Virus record (IMG/VR): IMGVR_UViG_2917860307_000001
Location: 1 to 44,753 of that record
Length of the DNA: 44,753 nucleotides
Direction: 5' to 3' (one strand)
DNA from: a virus
Taxonomy: Duplodnaviria > Heunggongvirae > Uroviricota > Caudoviricetes
Below are positions 18,054 through 28,165 of the stretch, piece after piece. Positions within the stretch are counted from its first letter, which is position 1. Each line of letters begins with the position of its first letter. Made by a program: the position numbers and the translations under genes. A model generated the notes under the pieces. It was not told the origin of the DNA and did not search any database. It saw only the letters and a program-made list of their open reading frames with translations.

Positions 18054-18661
18054 CCATTACAAAGCCCATCTACTGGTGGGCTTGATAATGGCTTATACCC
18101 TACACGGGATAACTTAACTGATATCCCTTTTAACGGATAAAGGTATTCAAGCCTGACACATCATGCGCTGTATCGTCGCTGTATTCCTGCATTAACCATG
18201 ACCGTAGCCCGACGGGGAACTCCTTCTGCGCGAGTGTGCGGGAATAATCAAAAACGATGCACACCGGGTTTTTACCGCGCTAATGATTCGCGGGTTTGTC
18301 CCTCATGCTCGCCAGTCCTGTGCGGGGGTGGAAGAAACAGGACACTCACACAGATTCTTGTGGGTCGATGCTATTCCTTTCTGGATTATCCCGATGCCAT
18401 TCATGCAAGGGCTGTATCAGACGTTCGTCATGGCTGTCAGGCTGACGGGTCCTCCCGGTGGGGTGGCCTGCCACGGGGCGGGAGCGTCGCGGAAAAAGGC
18501 TAGTTTTTGAAATTTCATTCGTCATCACCACTACTGTAATGTATTGATATTACAGTGGTTTTATTTTTGTGGTGTCGATTTTGATTGTTTTTTGTTCATC
18601 GCTAACACCGTTTGCCTAAAGTTGTTCGCAAGATGCATGTTTAAAACATTCTGGAGCGGGT

Positions 18662-19156
18662 ATGGATCGAGAGTTAAAAAATCTGACGCTGAATATCAGT
18701 CAACTGGCGGCACTGTCAGGTGTACATCGCCAGACTGCTGCGGCAAGGCTGCAAAATCTACCCGTTGCAGGGGGGCATGAAAGCAACCTCAAGCTTTATC
18801 GGGTGGTTGATATTGTGTCGGCATTTCTGGCATTACCACCGCCGGTTGCAGAAGGCGAAATGGACGCGCATGAGCGCAAAGCCTGGTATCAGTCTGAACG
18901 TGAGCGTCTTAAGTTCGAACAGGAAACGGCACAACTCATTCCGGCCAGTGATGTCAGACGGGAGTTTGCCATCTGGGCAAAAGCGGTCGTGCAGGTGCTG
19001 GAGACATTACCGGATATTCTTGAACGTGACTGCGGTCTGCAGCCTGCCGCTGTGAGCCGTGTTCAGTCCATTATTGATGATCTGCGCGATCAGATAGCCC
19101 TGCGGGTGACTGAAGCAGGTGCGGATGATGAGGAGGAATTACAGCAGGAGGAGTAA
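18662..19156 (+). CDS. Terminase small subunit
   Basis: 164 aa, N-terminal HTH-like segment (LTLNISQLAALSGVHRQTAAARL), directly upstream of and overlapping terminase large subunit. Confidence 0.7.
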   Translation: MDRELKNLTLNISQLAALSGVHRQTAAARLQNLPVAGGHESNLKLYRVVDIVSAFLALPPPVAEGEMDAHERKAWYQSERERLKFEQETAQLIPASDVRREFAIWAKAVVQVLETLPDILERDCGLQPAAVSRVQSIIDDLRDQIALRVTEAGADDEEELQQEE

Positions 19157-21258
19157 TGCTGAATCAGGAAACCGCAAAGGCAGCACGAACCGATTCAGGT
19201 TATATCCTTCGCGCACCGAGACGAATGCGGGTTGCTGATGCCGTTGCTCAGTATATGCGGGTGCCCATGGGGGCAGGGAACTCAGTCCCGTGGGATCCGC
19301 TGGTGGCACCGTATGTTATTGAGCCGATGAACTGCCTGGCCTCGCGTGAATACGACGCAGTGATATTTGTTGGCCCGGCACGAACCGGCAAGACTATCGG
19401 CCTGATTGACGGCTGGGTGATTTACAACGTGATTTGCGATCCTGCTGATATGCTGATTATTCAGATGACGGAGGAAAAAGCCCGCGAACACTCCAAAAAA
19501 CGACTCGCCAGAACGTTTCGCGTCAGCCCGGAAGTGGTCAGTCGCCTGAGTCCGAACAAAAATGACAACAACGTTTATGACAGAACATTCCTTGCTGGTA
19601 ACTACCTGAAAATCGGCTGGCCGTCAGTCAATATCATGTCCTCATCAGATTATAAATGCGTCGCGCTGACGGATTATGACCGTTTTCCGGAAGATATTGA
19701 TGGCGAGGGGGATGCTTTCTCTCTTGCCTCAAAACGTACCACAACATTTATGTCCAGTGGTATGACGCTGGTGGAGAGTTCCCCCGGCAGGGATGTGAAG
19801 GATGTGAAATGGCGACGGACTTCACCGCATGAGGCTCCACCAACCACGGGGATACTATCGCTCTATAACCGTGGCGATCGCCGTCGCTGGTACTGGCCCT
19901 GTCCACACTGTGGTGAGTATTTTCAGCCCTGCGGCGATGTGGTTGCTGGTTTCCGTGATATTGCCGATCCCGTGCTGGCAAGTGAGGCGGCTTATATTCA
20001 GTGTCCTTCCTGTTCAGGACGGATTATGCCTGAACAAAAACGTGAGCTGAACGGACGTGGGGTCTGGTTGCGGGATGGTGAATCCATCAATGCGGATGGC
20101 AGTCGTTATGGTGATCCCCGACGCTCACGTATTGCGTCATTCTGGATGGAGGGTCCGGCAGCTGCTTACCAGACACTCTCGCAACTCGTTTACAAACTGC
20201 TTACTGCAGAACAGGAATACGAGACAACCGGAAGTGAAGAAACACTCAAGACGGTTATCAATACCGACTGGGGATTACCTTATCTTCCCCGCGCCAGCAT
20301 GGAGCAACGAAAAAGTGAACTGCTTGAGCAGCGGGCAGAGCCAGTTCCTTCCCGCAGTGTGCCGGATGGCGTTAATTTCCTTGTGGCGACAGTGGATGTG
20401 CAGGCGGGACGTCATCGCCGTTTTGTGGTTCAGGTAACGGGCTATGGCAGCCGTGGCGAACGCTGGATTATTGATCGTTACAACATCACGCAGTCATTGC
20501 GCGGTGACAGCGACGGGGAGAGCCAGCGAATTGATCCGGCCAGCTATCCGGAAGACTGGGATGTCCTGCTGACGGATGTTTTTCATAAAAGCTGGCCGCT
20601 GGCCTCCGATCCTTCTCAACAAATGCGACTGATGGCAATGGCGGTGGACTCCGGCGGTGAAGACGGGGTCACTGATAATGCCTATAAATTCTGGCGTCGT
20701 TGCCGTCGTGATGGCCTTGGTAAACGTATTTACCTGTTTAAGGGCGACAGCATCCGGCGCGCAAAACTGATCACCCGTACATTCCCTGATAACACCGGAC
20801 GAACGGGCCGACGGGCGCAGGCCGCAGGTGATGTGCCGCTCTGGCTTCTTCAGACGGATGCACTGAAAGACCGGGTGAATAACGCGTTATGGCGTGACTC
20901 GCCAGGTCCCGGCTATGTGCATTTCCCTGACTGGCTGGGGAGCTGGTTTTACGACGAACTGACGTATGAAGAGCGGAGCAGTGACGGGAAATGGAGTAAG
21001 CCGGGTCGCGGTGCCAACGAAGCTTTTGACCTGATGGTGTATGCCGAGGCTCTGGTCATTCTGCATGGATACGAAAAGATCCGCTGGCCGGATGCACCGG
21101 AGTGGGCGAGCCGGGAAACCTGGCTGGAGTGTGTCCCGGACAGTACCGAACCGTCACCCTCACCGGAACCGGTATCCACGCCTGTTAAAAAACAAAAACG
21201 GAAGAAAACAGTAACTGACGATGTTAACCCCTGGCTGACTTCCGGAGGATGGTTATGA
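19156..21258 (+). CDS. Terminase large subunit (GpA family)
   Basis: 700 aa; Walker A-like GPARTGKT; overall lambda gpA-like organisation. Confidence 0.9.
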   Translation: MLNQETAKAARTDSGYILRAPRRMRVADAVAQYMRVPMGAGNSVPWDPLVAPYVIEPMNCLASREYDAVIFVGPARTGKTIGLIDGWVIYNVICDPADMLIIQMTEEKAREHSKKRLARTFRVSPEVVSRLSPNKNDNNVYDRTFLAGNYLKIGWPSVNIMSSSDYKCVALTDYDRFPEDIDGEGDAFSLASKRTTTFMSSGMTLVESSPGRDVKDVKWRRTSPHEAPPTTGILSLYNRGDRRRWYWPCPHCGEYFQPCGDVVAGFRDIADPVLASEAAYIQCPSCSGRIMPEQKRELNGRGVWLRDGESINADGSRYGDPRRSRIASFWMEGPAAAYQTLSQLVYKLLTAEQEYETTGSEETLKTVINTDWGLPYLPRASMEQRKSELLEQRAEPVPSRSVPDGVNFLVATVDVQAGRHRRFVVQVTGYGSRGERWIIDRYNITQSLRGDSDGESQRIDPASYPEDWDVLLTDVFHKSWPLASDPSQQMRLMAMAVDSGGEDGVTDNAYKFWRRCRRDGLGKRIYLFKGDSIRRAKLITRTFPDNTGRTGRRAQAAGDVPLWLLQTDALKDRVNNALWRDSPGPGYVHFPDWLGSWFYDELTYEERSSDGKWSKPGRGANEAFDLMVYAEALVILHGYEKIRWPDAPEWASRETWLECVPDSTEPSPSPEPVSTPVKKQKRKKTVTDDVNPWLTSGGWL

Positions 21259-21467
21259 ACCAGAATGATATCGAAGCCATGATTCAGCGTTATACGGAAG
21301 CTGAAATGGCGGTGCTGGACGGAAAATCCGTCACCTTTAATGGTCAGCAGATGACCATGGAAAACTTATCTGAGATCCGGCAGGGACGGCAGGAGTGGGA
21401 GCGCCGCCTTGCGGCTCTGATTACACGACGACGGGGGCATCCCGGGTACCGGCTGGCGAGGTTCTGA
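21255..21467 (+). CDS. Head-tail joining protein (gpW-like)
   Basis: 70 aa; C-terminal RRRGHPGY resembles lambda W (recalled ...RRRGPAGFYV). Confidence 0.65.
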   Translation: MNQNDIEAMIQRYTEAEMAVLDGKSVTFNGQQMTMENLSEIRQGRQEWERRLAALITRRRGHPGYRLARF

Positions 21468-22975
21468 TGGCAATTCTTGATGATGTGATTGGCGTTTTTT
21501 CACCAGGATGGAAAGCGGCAAGGCTGCGTTCCCGGGCGGTGATCCAGGCTTATGAGGCCGTAAAAACTACGCGGACACACAAAGCCCGGCGGGAAAACCG
21601 AACTGCCGACCAGTTAAGCCAGTACGGGGCCGTGTCGTTACGTGAGCAGGCCCGTTACCTTGATAACAACCACGATCTGGTCATTGGTGTATTTGACAAG
21701 CTGGAAGAACGGGTGGTGGGGAAAAACGGGATTATTGTCGAGCCACATCCGGTATTACGCAATGGGGCCATTGCCCGTGATCTGGCAGCGGAGATACGCA
21801 CCCGATGGAGTGAATGGTCTGTCAGTCCGGAAGTTACCGGGCAGTTTACCCGTCCGATGCTGGAACGTCTGATGCTGCGTACCTGGCTGCGCGATGGTGA
21901 GGTGTTTGCCCAGATGGTTTCCGGGCGCATAAACAGCCTGACGCCTTCTGCCGGTGTTCATTTCTGGCTGGAGGCACTCGAGCCAGACTTTATTCCCATG
22001 ACCAGTGATGAGAGCAACAGGCTGAATCAGGGCGTGTTTGTTGATGACTGGGGGCGTCCCGAAAAATATCTGGTGTATAAAAGTCGTCCTGTATCCGGAC
22101 GGCAGATGGAAACCAAAGAAGTGGATGCAGAGCGAATGCTGCATCTTAAATTTGTTCGCCGTCTGCACCAGATGCGCGGGACGTCTTTATTGTCCGGTGT
22201 GCTGATCCGCCTCAGTGCCCTGAAAGAATATGAAGATTCTGAGCTGACTGCAGCAAGGATCGCTGCTGCTCTGGGGATGTACATCCGCAAAGGCGACGGA
22301 CAGAGCTATGAAACGGATGGTAATGACAGCAAGGAGAATGAACGCGAGCTTACCATTCAGCCAGGCATTATTTACGACGATCTGAAACCCGGCGAAGAAA
22401 TCGGAATGGTGAAGTCGGATCGCCCCAATCCTAACCTTGAAACTTTTCGTAATGGTCAGTTGCGTGCCGTGGCGGCGGGCAGTCGTCTGAGTTTTTCCAG
22501 TACAGCGCGCAACTATAACGGCACTTACAGCGCCCAGCGTCAGGAGCTGGTTGAATCCACTGATGGCTACCTGATCCTGCAGGACTGGTTTATTGGTGCC
22601 GTCACCCGCCCGATGTATCGTGCCTGGCTGAAACAGGCTGTGGCATCCGGTGTTATCAGGCTACCCCGCGATCTTGACCGTTCTTCACTGTATACCGCGG
22701 TGTATTCCGGACCGGTGATGCCGTGGATTGACCCTGTTAAGGAGGCTGAGGCCTGGAAAATTCAGATTCGTGGTGGAGCGGCGACAGAATCAGACTGGGT
22801 ACGTGCAGGTGGTCGTAATCCGGATGATGTCAAACGTCGGCGCAAGGCAGAAATTGATGAAAACCGCAAGCTGGATCTGGTATTTGATACCGATCCGGCC
22901 AGTGATAAAGGAGGCAGCAGTGCCGCAACGAAACGACAGGAGCCGCAGCACACCGACGACCAGTCCGAAGAATAA
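21467..22975 (+). CDS. Portal protein
   Basis: 502 aa starting MAILDDVIGVF; position after gpW and before prohead protease. Confidence 0.85.
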   Translation: MAILDDVIGVFSPGWKAARLRSRAVIQAYEAVKTTRTHKARRENRTADQLSQYGAVSLREQARYLDNNHDLVIGVFDKLEERVVGKNGIIVEPHPVLRNGAIARDLAAEIRTRWSEWSVSPEVTGQFTRPMLERLMLRTWLRDGEVFAQMVSGRINSLTPSAGVHFWLEALEPDFIPMTSDESNRLNQGVFVDDWGRPEKYLVYKSRPVSGRQMETKEVDAERMLHLKFVRRLHQMRGTSLLSGVLIRLSALKEYEDSELTAARIAAALGMYIRKGDGQSYETDGNDSKENERELTIQPGIIYDDLKPGEEIGMVKSDRPNPNLETFRNGQLRAVAAGSRLSFSSTARNYNGTYSAQRQELVESTDGYLILQDWFIGAVTRPMYRAWLKQAVASGVIRLPRDLDRSSLYTAVYSGPVMPWIDPVKEAEAWKIQIRGGAATESDWVRAGGRNPDDVKRRRKAEIDENRKLDLVFDTDPASDKGGSSAATKRQEPQHTDDQSEE

Positions 22976-22988
22976 TTCCTGGTTCAGG

Positions 22989-24947
22989 ATGCAGGCTGGT
23001 CACCAGAGTGACGCGGATATTTATATTTATGACGAGATTGGTTTCTGGGGTGTTACAGCGAAGCAGTTTATCAGTGATCTGAATGCACTGGGCGATATCA
23101 CCCACATTAATCTCCATATTAATTCACCGGGTGGCGATGTCTTTGAAGGCATCGCCATTTTTAATGCGCTGAAAACACATGGTGCGTCCATTACCGTTTA
23201 TGTCGACGGTGTGGCGGCGTCAATGGCGTCGGTCATTGCGATGGTGGGAAACCCGGTCATTATGCCGGAAAACACCTTCATGATGATTCATAAACCATTT
23301 GGCTTTACGGGCGGTGATGCGGAGGACATGCGCACCTATGCCGACCTGCTCGATAAGGTTGAGGCGGTTCTGTTACCCGCTTATGCACAGAAAACCGGGA
23401 AAACCACCGATGAAATTGCTGCCATGCTGGCGGATGAGACCTGGATGTCCGGTGCCGAATGTCTGGCACATGGATTTGCTGATCAGGTAACGCCAGCCGT
23501 TAAGGCAATGGCATGTATTCAGTCAAAACGTACAGAGGAATTTAAAAAGATGCCGGAATCCATTCGAAACATGATTACTCCGCCACGCAACAGTGCTCCA
23601 CGCGTACAGGATAATGAACCTGTAGCCTCCCGGACGCCAGTGCAGGCAGCAGCACCCGTGGTGGATGAAAACAGTATCCGTGCGCAGGTACTGGCAGAGC
23701 AAAAAGCGCGTGTAAACGGTATTAATGATTTGTTTGCCATGTTTGGCGGGCGTTATCAGACGCTGCAGGCTCAGTGTCTTGCCGATCCTGAATGTTCGCT
23801 GGAGCAGGCCCGCGAAAAGCTGTTGAACGAGATGGGGCGCGAGTCCACGCCATCCAATAAAAATACCCCGGCTCATATTTATGCCGGTAACGGTAATTTT
23901 GTGGGGGACGGGATCCGCCAGGCGCTGATGGCGCGTGCCGGATTTGAAAAAACCGAACGTGATAATGTCTACAACGGGATGACCCTGCGTGAATATGCTC
24001 GTATGTCACTGACTGAACGGGGGATTGGGGTTTCCAGTTATAACCCGATGCAGATGGTCGGTGCGGCGTTCACACACAGTACGTCTGACTTCGGTAATAT
24101 TCTGCTGGATGTTGCGAACAAAGCCATTCTGCAGGGCTGGGAAGATGCCCCTGAAACCTATGAACAGTGGACGCGGAAAGGTCAGTTGTCTGATTTTAAA
24201 ATTGCCCATCGTGTGGGTATGGGGGGCTTCAGTGCTCTGCGTCAGGTGCGTGAAGGGGCGGAATATAAATACGTCACCACCGGAGATAAACAGGCCACTA
24301 TTGCACTGGCGACCTATGGCGAGCTGTTCAGTATCACCCGTCAGGCCATTATCAATGATGATCTGAATATGCTGACCGATGTCCCGATGAAACTGGGCCG
24401 TGCGGCGAAATCCACTATTGCCGATCTGGTTTATGCCATTCTGACGTCTAACCCGAAAATCTCCACAGATAATGTAAGTCTGTTCGATAAAGCGAAACAT
24501 GCAAACGTACTGGAGAGCGCTGCAATGGACGTGGCATCGCTGGATAAAGCCCGCCAGTTGATGCGTGTTCAGAAAGAGGGGGAGCGTCATCTGAATATTC
24601 GTCCTGCGTTCGTACTGGTACCGACGGCGATGGAGTCTGTTGCTAACCAGGTCATTCGCTCCTCAAGTGTCAAGGGGGCTGACATTAACGCCGGTATTAT
24701 TAACCCGGTGAAAGATTTTGCGACCGTTATTGCAGAGCCTCGTCTTGATGATAACAGCCAGACCACTTTCTACCTGGCTGCGTCCAAAGGCTCCGATACG
24801 ATTGAAGTGGCTTATCTCAACGGTGTGGATACGCCATATATTGATCAGATGGAGGGCTTCAGTGTGGATGGCGTGACAACGAAAGTGCGTATTGACGCCG
24901 GTGTCGCGCCAGTTGATCACCGCGGTCTGGTGAAATGTACGGCGTAA
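22989..24947 (+). CDS. ClpP/S14-like prohead protease fused to major capsid protein
   Basis: N-terminal IYIYDEIG...INSPGGDV...MASVIAMVG protease pattern; C-terminal approx 350 aa capsid-like domain; start 22989 assumed. Confidence 0.7.
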   Translation: MQAGHQSDADIYIYDEIGFWGVTAKQFISDLNALGDITHINLHINSPGGDVFEGIAIFNALKTHGASITVYVDGVAASMASVIAMVGNPVIMPENTFMMIHKPFGFTGGDAEDMRTYADLLDKVEAVLLPAYAQKTGKTTDEIAAMLADETWMSGAECLAHGFADQVTPAVKAMACIQSKRTEEFKKMPESIRNMITPPRNSAPRVQDNEPVASRTPVQAAAPVVDENSIRAQVLAEQKARVNGINDLFAMFGGRYQTLQAQCLADPECSLEQAREKLLNEMGRESTPSNKNTPAHIYAGNGNFVGDGIRQALMARAGFEKTERDNVYNGMTLREYARMSLTERGIGVSSYNPMQMVGAAFTHSTSDFGNILLDVANKAILQGWEDAPETYEQWTRKGQLSDFKIAHRVGMGGFSALRQVREGAEYKYVTTGDKQATIALATYGELFSITRQAIINDDLNMLTDVPMKLGRAAKSTIADLVYAILTSNPKISTDNVSLFDKAKHANVLESAAMDVASLDKARQLMRVQKEGERHLNIRPAFVLVPTAMESVANQVIRSSSVKGADINAGIINPVKDFATVIAEPRLDDNSQTTFYLAASKGSDTIEVAYLNGVDTPYIDQMEGFSVDGVTTKVRIDAGVAPVDHRGLVKCTA

Positions 24948-24968
24948 ACGTCGCAGACAACAACTCTG

Positions 24969-24990
24969 ATGGCCCGTAAGGGCTTTTTTT
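24969..24990 (+). terminator. Rho-independent terminator after capsid gene
   Basis: GGCCC-GTAA-GGGC hairpin followed by T7. Confidence 0.5.
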
Positions 24991-25033
24991 GTACCTGAAA
25001 TCAGCCCCTGAACGGGGCTGTGCGGAGACAGTT

Positions 25034-25357
25034 ATGGCAAAGAATTTTGTAGAAGAAGGAAAAACGGTGGCGATTGTTGCCAGTGCAGCCATCAGCAGCG
25101 GAGATCTGGTGCAGGTGGGCGATGTTTTTGCGGTGGCGCTGACCGATATTCCACAGGGTGAAACAGGCGACGGCATGACCGAAGGTGTGTTTATGCTGCC
25201 TAAGCTGAAAACGGATGACATGAAAACGGGTAAGAAGGTTTATCTGAAGTCCGGAAAAGTTCAGCTGACTAACAGCGGCTCTGATCCGCTGGTCGGGGTT
25301 GTCTGGGCAGATGCTGGAACCAGTGCAGAAGAAGTGCCGGTAAAACTCAATGTCTGA
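25034..25357 (+). CDS. DUF2190-like head decoration/cement protein
   Basis: Start MAKNFVEEGK (ATG 25034); 107 aa immediately after the capsid gene. Confidence 0.45.
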   Translation: MAKNFVEEGKTVAIVASAAISSGDLVQVGDVFAVALTDIPQGETGDGMTEGVFMLPKLKTDDMKTGKKVYLKSGKVQLTNSGSDPLVGVVWADAGTSAEEVPVKLNV

Positions 25358-25625
25358 TCCCTTTTCCCGGTTGGCAGCGCGTATGGATGCTATCACGGTC
25401 AGAAAGATGGGAAAGACAGCCTCGATTAATGATGTCGATATGACTGTGATCCCTGGAGAAACACTGGCAGAGCTGAATGCTCTGTCCGGACCTGCGGTCT
25501 CTCTGGTGGTGTTTTCTTCGGGATACCGCCCACGGCGCGGGGATCGCGTTGTTTATGACGGACAACAATGGACGGTCACACGGCATGAACGCTTTAACGG
25601 TAAGCCAATGATTTTTATTGAGTAA
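25350..25625 (+). CDS. Head-tail connector / head completion protein
   Basis: 91-aa ORF between head and tail modules. Confidence 0.45.
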   Translation: MSDPFSRLAARMDAITVRKMGKTASINDVDMTVIPGETLAELNALSGPAVSLVVFSSGYRPRRGDRVVYDGQQWTVTRHERFNGKPMIFIE

Positions 25626-25636
25626 AGAGGTGTGGG

Positions 25637-26227
25637 ATGAAGGGGCTTGAGAATGCCATCCGCAATCTGAACAGCCTTGATACCCGTATGGTGCCACAGG
25701 CCAGCGCATGGGCGATAAACCGTGTGGCACAGAAAGCGGTCTCGGTTGCCACCCGGCAGGTTGCCGGGAATACCGTTGCGGGAGATAACCAGGTGAAAGG
25801 GATCCCCCTGAAACTGGTACGTCAGCGTGTCCGGGTGTTTAAAGCCAGTCCGTCAGGAAAAATGACGGCCAGGATCCGCGTTAACCGGGGCAATCTGCCC
25901 GCCATCAAACTGAACACAACACGGCGGCGTGCTGGTGAAGGACTGAGAGTGGGAAAATACTTTTTCCGGGGGGCATTTGTTCAGCAACTGGCGAATGGCC
26001 GCTGGCATGTTCTGAGGCGTCTTCCTGAAGCGCGTTTTGCAACAGGGCATGACCATCAGGGCAGGCCAAGAAAAAATCGTCTTCCTGTGGAGGTAGTGAA
26101 AATCCCGCTGTCCGGACCGCTGACACAGGCATTTGAAGATGCCCGCGACCGCATCATTGCTGCGGAAATGCCGAAACAGCTGGGGTATGCACTGAAACAA
26201 CAACTGAGGTTATGGCTGACCCGATGA
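25637..26227 (+). CDS. Minor tail protein Z
   Basis: 196 aa; clear similarity to lambda gpZ (shared segments such as NGRWHV and VVKIP...PLT.AF). Confidence 0.75.
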   Translation: MKGLENAIRNLNSLDTRMVPQASAWAINRVAQKAVSVATRQVAGNTVAGDNQVKGIPLKLVRQRVRVFKASPSGKMTARIRVNRGNLPAIKLNTTRRRAGEGLRVGKYFFRGAFVQQLANGRWHVLRRLPEARFATGHDHQGRPRKNRLPVEVVKIPLSGPLTQAFEDARDRIIAAEMPKQLGYALKQQLRLWLTR

Positions 26228-26625
26228 ACCGACATACACAAATCCGCCAGGCCGTACTGGCACGCCTTCGGGAACAGTGTGGAGACAGCGCCACGTTTTT
26301 TGACGGGCTTCCGGCATTTATTGATGCGCAGGAACTGCCTGCCGTGGCGGTGTGGCTGAGTGATGCTCAGTACACCGGAAAAATGACGGATGAAGATGAC
26401 TGGCAGGCTGTTCTGCATATTGCTGTCTTCATCCGGGCACAGGCACCGGATTCAGAGCTGGATATGTGGATGGAGAGCACCATTTTCCCGGCCCTGAATG
26501 ATGTACCGGCACTTTCCGGACTCATCGACACCCTGATCCCACTCGGTTTTAACTATCAACGTGATAATGAGATGGCCACCTGGGCGATGGCGGAAATCAC
26601 GTACCAGATCACGTACACGAATTAA
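26212..26625 (+). CDS. Minor tail protein U
   Basis: Similarity to lambda gpU (ATFFDG...PAVAV...EYTG...W..LHI.VF..AQ.PDSELD.WMES). Confidence 0.8.
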   Translation: MADPMNRHTQIRQAVLARLREQCGDSATFFDGLPAFIDAQELPAVAVWLSDAQYTGKMTDEDDWQAVLHIAVFIRAQAPDSELDMWMESTIFPALNDVPALSGLIDTLIPLGFNYQRDNEMATWAMAEITYQITYTN

Positions 26626-26635
26626 GGAGGTGGCA

Positions 26636-27379
26636 ATGACCACACCAAATCCACTGGCAAAGACGAAAGGTGCGGGGACGACGTTCTGGATGTATACCGG
26701 CAACGGCGACGCATTTGCGAACCCTTTGTCGGACACTGACTGGCTGCGTCTTGCGATGGTGAAGGATCTGCAACCTGGCGAAATGACCGCTGATGCAGAA
26801 GATGATACTTATCTCGATGATGAAGATGCAGACTGGAAAACGACAACCCAGGGGCAGAAATCAGTCGGTGATACTTCGGCGACGCTGGCCTGGCGTCCGG
26901 GTGACAGCGGGCAGAAAAAACTGGTTCAGTTGTTCGACTCCGGTGAAGTCTGCGCGTTTCGTATCAAATATCCCAACGGTACTGTTGATGTTTTCCGTGG
27001 CTGGCTGAGTTCACTGGGTAAAACCATTGCCTCAAAAGACGTGATGACCCGCACTGTGAAAATCAGCGGTGTGGGGCGTCCGTATCTGGCAGAGGAAGGC
27101 ACTGATACAGTGAGCGTTACCGGGCTGACGGTGGCACCGGCATCTGCCAGTGTAAAAGTGGGAGCAACCACCACGCTGACCTTTACAGTAAAACCTGACG
27201 GAGCCAGTGACAAAGCGATCAGTGTGCATTCGTCAGATCCACAGACTGCCACGGTGACCCTGAACGGGCTTGTAGCCACGGTGAAAGGCGTGAAGCAGGG
27301 CAGTGTCAGCATTGTGGGCATGACCGCTGACGGGAATTTTGTGGCTGTGGCTGCGGTGACTGTCAGCGCCGCAGGTTAA
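26636..27379 (+). CDS. Major tail protein V
   Basis: Start MTTPNPLAKTKGAGTT (AAGGAGGTGG RBS); strong similarity to lambda gpV. Confidence 0.9.
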   Translation: MTTPNPLAKTKGAGTTFWMYTGNGDAFANPLSDTDWLRLAMVKDLQPGEMTADAEDDTYLDDEDADWKTTTQGQKSVGDTSATLAWRPGDSGQKKLVQLFDSGEVCAFRIKYPNGTVDVFRGWLSSLGKTIASKDVMTRTVKISGVGRPYLAEEGTDTVSVTGLTVAPASASVKVGATTTLTFTVKPDGASDKAISVHSSDPQTATVTLNGLVATVKGVKQGSVSIVGMTADGNFVAVAAVTVSAAG

Positions 27380-27399
27380 CAGGACGATACTCATCATTT

Positions 27400-27425
27400 G
27401 CCCCGGTTATCCGGGGCTTTTTTTG
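27400..27425 (+). terminator. Hairpin/T-run after major tail gene
   Basis: GCCCCGG-TTAT-CCGGGGC followed by T7. Confidence 0.5.
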
Positions 27426-27440
27426 CAGGTGGAGAACATG

Positions 27441-27827
27441 ATGTTTCTGAAACAGGGCACGTTTAATTATGAAAAACAGTCCGTGGTGCTCAGTGAGCTG
27501 TCCGGGCTGCAGAGAATTGAATATCTGGCGTTTGTTCAGCAGCGAACGGCAAAGTTTGATGCCGGTGAGGGAGAACTGCCGGAGGCTGAACGACAGATTG
27601 CTTTTCTGCGGATGGGGATGGATATCAATGCCTGGCTGGTTTCCCGCTCACTGTGGAATGCGGATCAGTCTAAGGATGTAGAGACGCTTTGCGCATCCGT
27701 TATTACAACATGGTCGTATGATGCCCTGGGTGCGGGGGCGGAGATGGTTCTGTCGCTGAGCGGTATGGGGGCCATTGATAATGCCGGGGATGATGAGCAT
27801 GAGGCGCTGACGCCGGAAAAGTCCTGA
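27441..27827 (+). CDS. Tail assembly chaperone G
   Basis: Start MFLKQGTF; similarity to lambda gpG (TLSELS.LQRIE.L). Confidence 0.8.
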   Translation: MFLKQGTFNYEKQSVVLSELSGLQRIEYLAFVQQRTAKFDAGEGELPEAERQIAFLRMGMDINAWLVSRSLWNADQSKDVETLCASVITTWSYDALGAGAEMVLSLSGMGAIDNAGDDEHEALTPEKS

Positions 27828-28165
27828 CGCGGGAAATGCAGTTTGTCATGCGGCTTGCCCGGGAGTTCCGGCGGGCAGACTGGCGGCGGATGCTGTCGGA
27901 AATGTCGGCCACTGAGCTTGGTGAGTGGGGCGATTATTTCCGGATGCAGAGCTTCAGTGATGTGTGGATGGATGCGCAGTTTGCCTCGCTGAAGGCATTG
28001 ATCGTGAGAATGGTGTCCGGCAGCAGTGATGCTGCGGTGGCTGATTTCAGCCTTTTACCGGAAGAGAACGGGATACCGGAGCGAACGGACGAAGAACTGA
28101 TGCATCTTGGGGAAGGTATTTCCGGAGGTGTGCGTTATGGACCAGATAGCCAACCTGGTCATTGA
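27803..28165 (+). CDS. gpT-like extension expressed as G-T fusion by programmed -1 frameshift
   Basis: -1 frame open from 27803 with no start codon of its own until 27836; overlaps the 3' end of G; candidate slip site CCGGAAAAG at 27813-27821. Confidence 0.65.
   Translation, partial: GADAGKVLTREMQFVMRLAREFRRADWRRMLSEMSATELGEWGDYFRMQSFSDVWMDAQFASLKALIVRMVSGSSDAAVADFSLLPEENGIPERTDEELMHLGEGISGGVRYGPDSQPGH

Noticed and set aside
18198-18531. ORFs of 61-101 aa upstream of terminase small subunit
   Set aside because: Implausible Arg/Gly/Cys-rich translations, mutual overlap on both strands, no RBS; region treated as noncoding or degraded
22728-22988. Upstream extension of the protease-capsid ORF overlapping the portal 3' end
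   Set aside because: The extension has no protein-like character and the protease domain begins at the ATG at 22989; treated as an open alternative frame, not coding
23519-25396. Multiple minus-strand ORFs (73-194 aa)
   Set aside because: All antisense to the protease-capsid gene and neighbouring head genes; no supporting features
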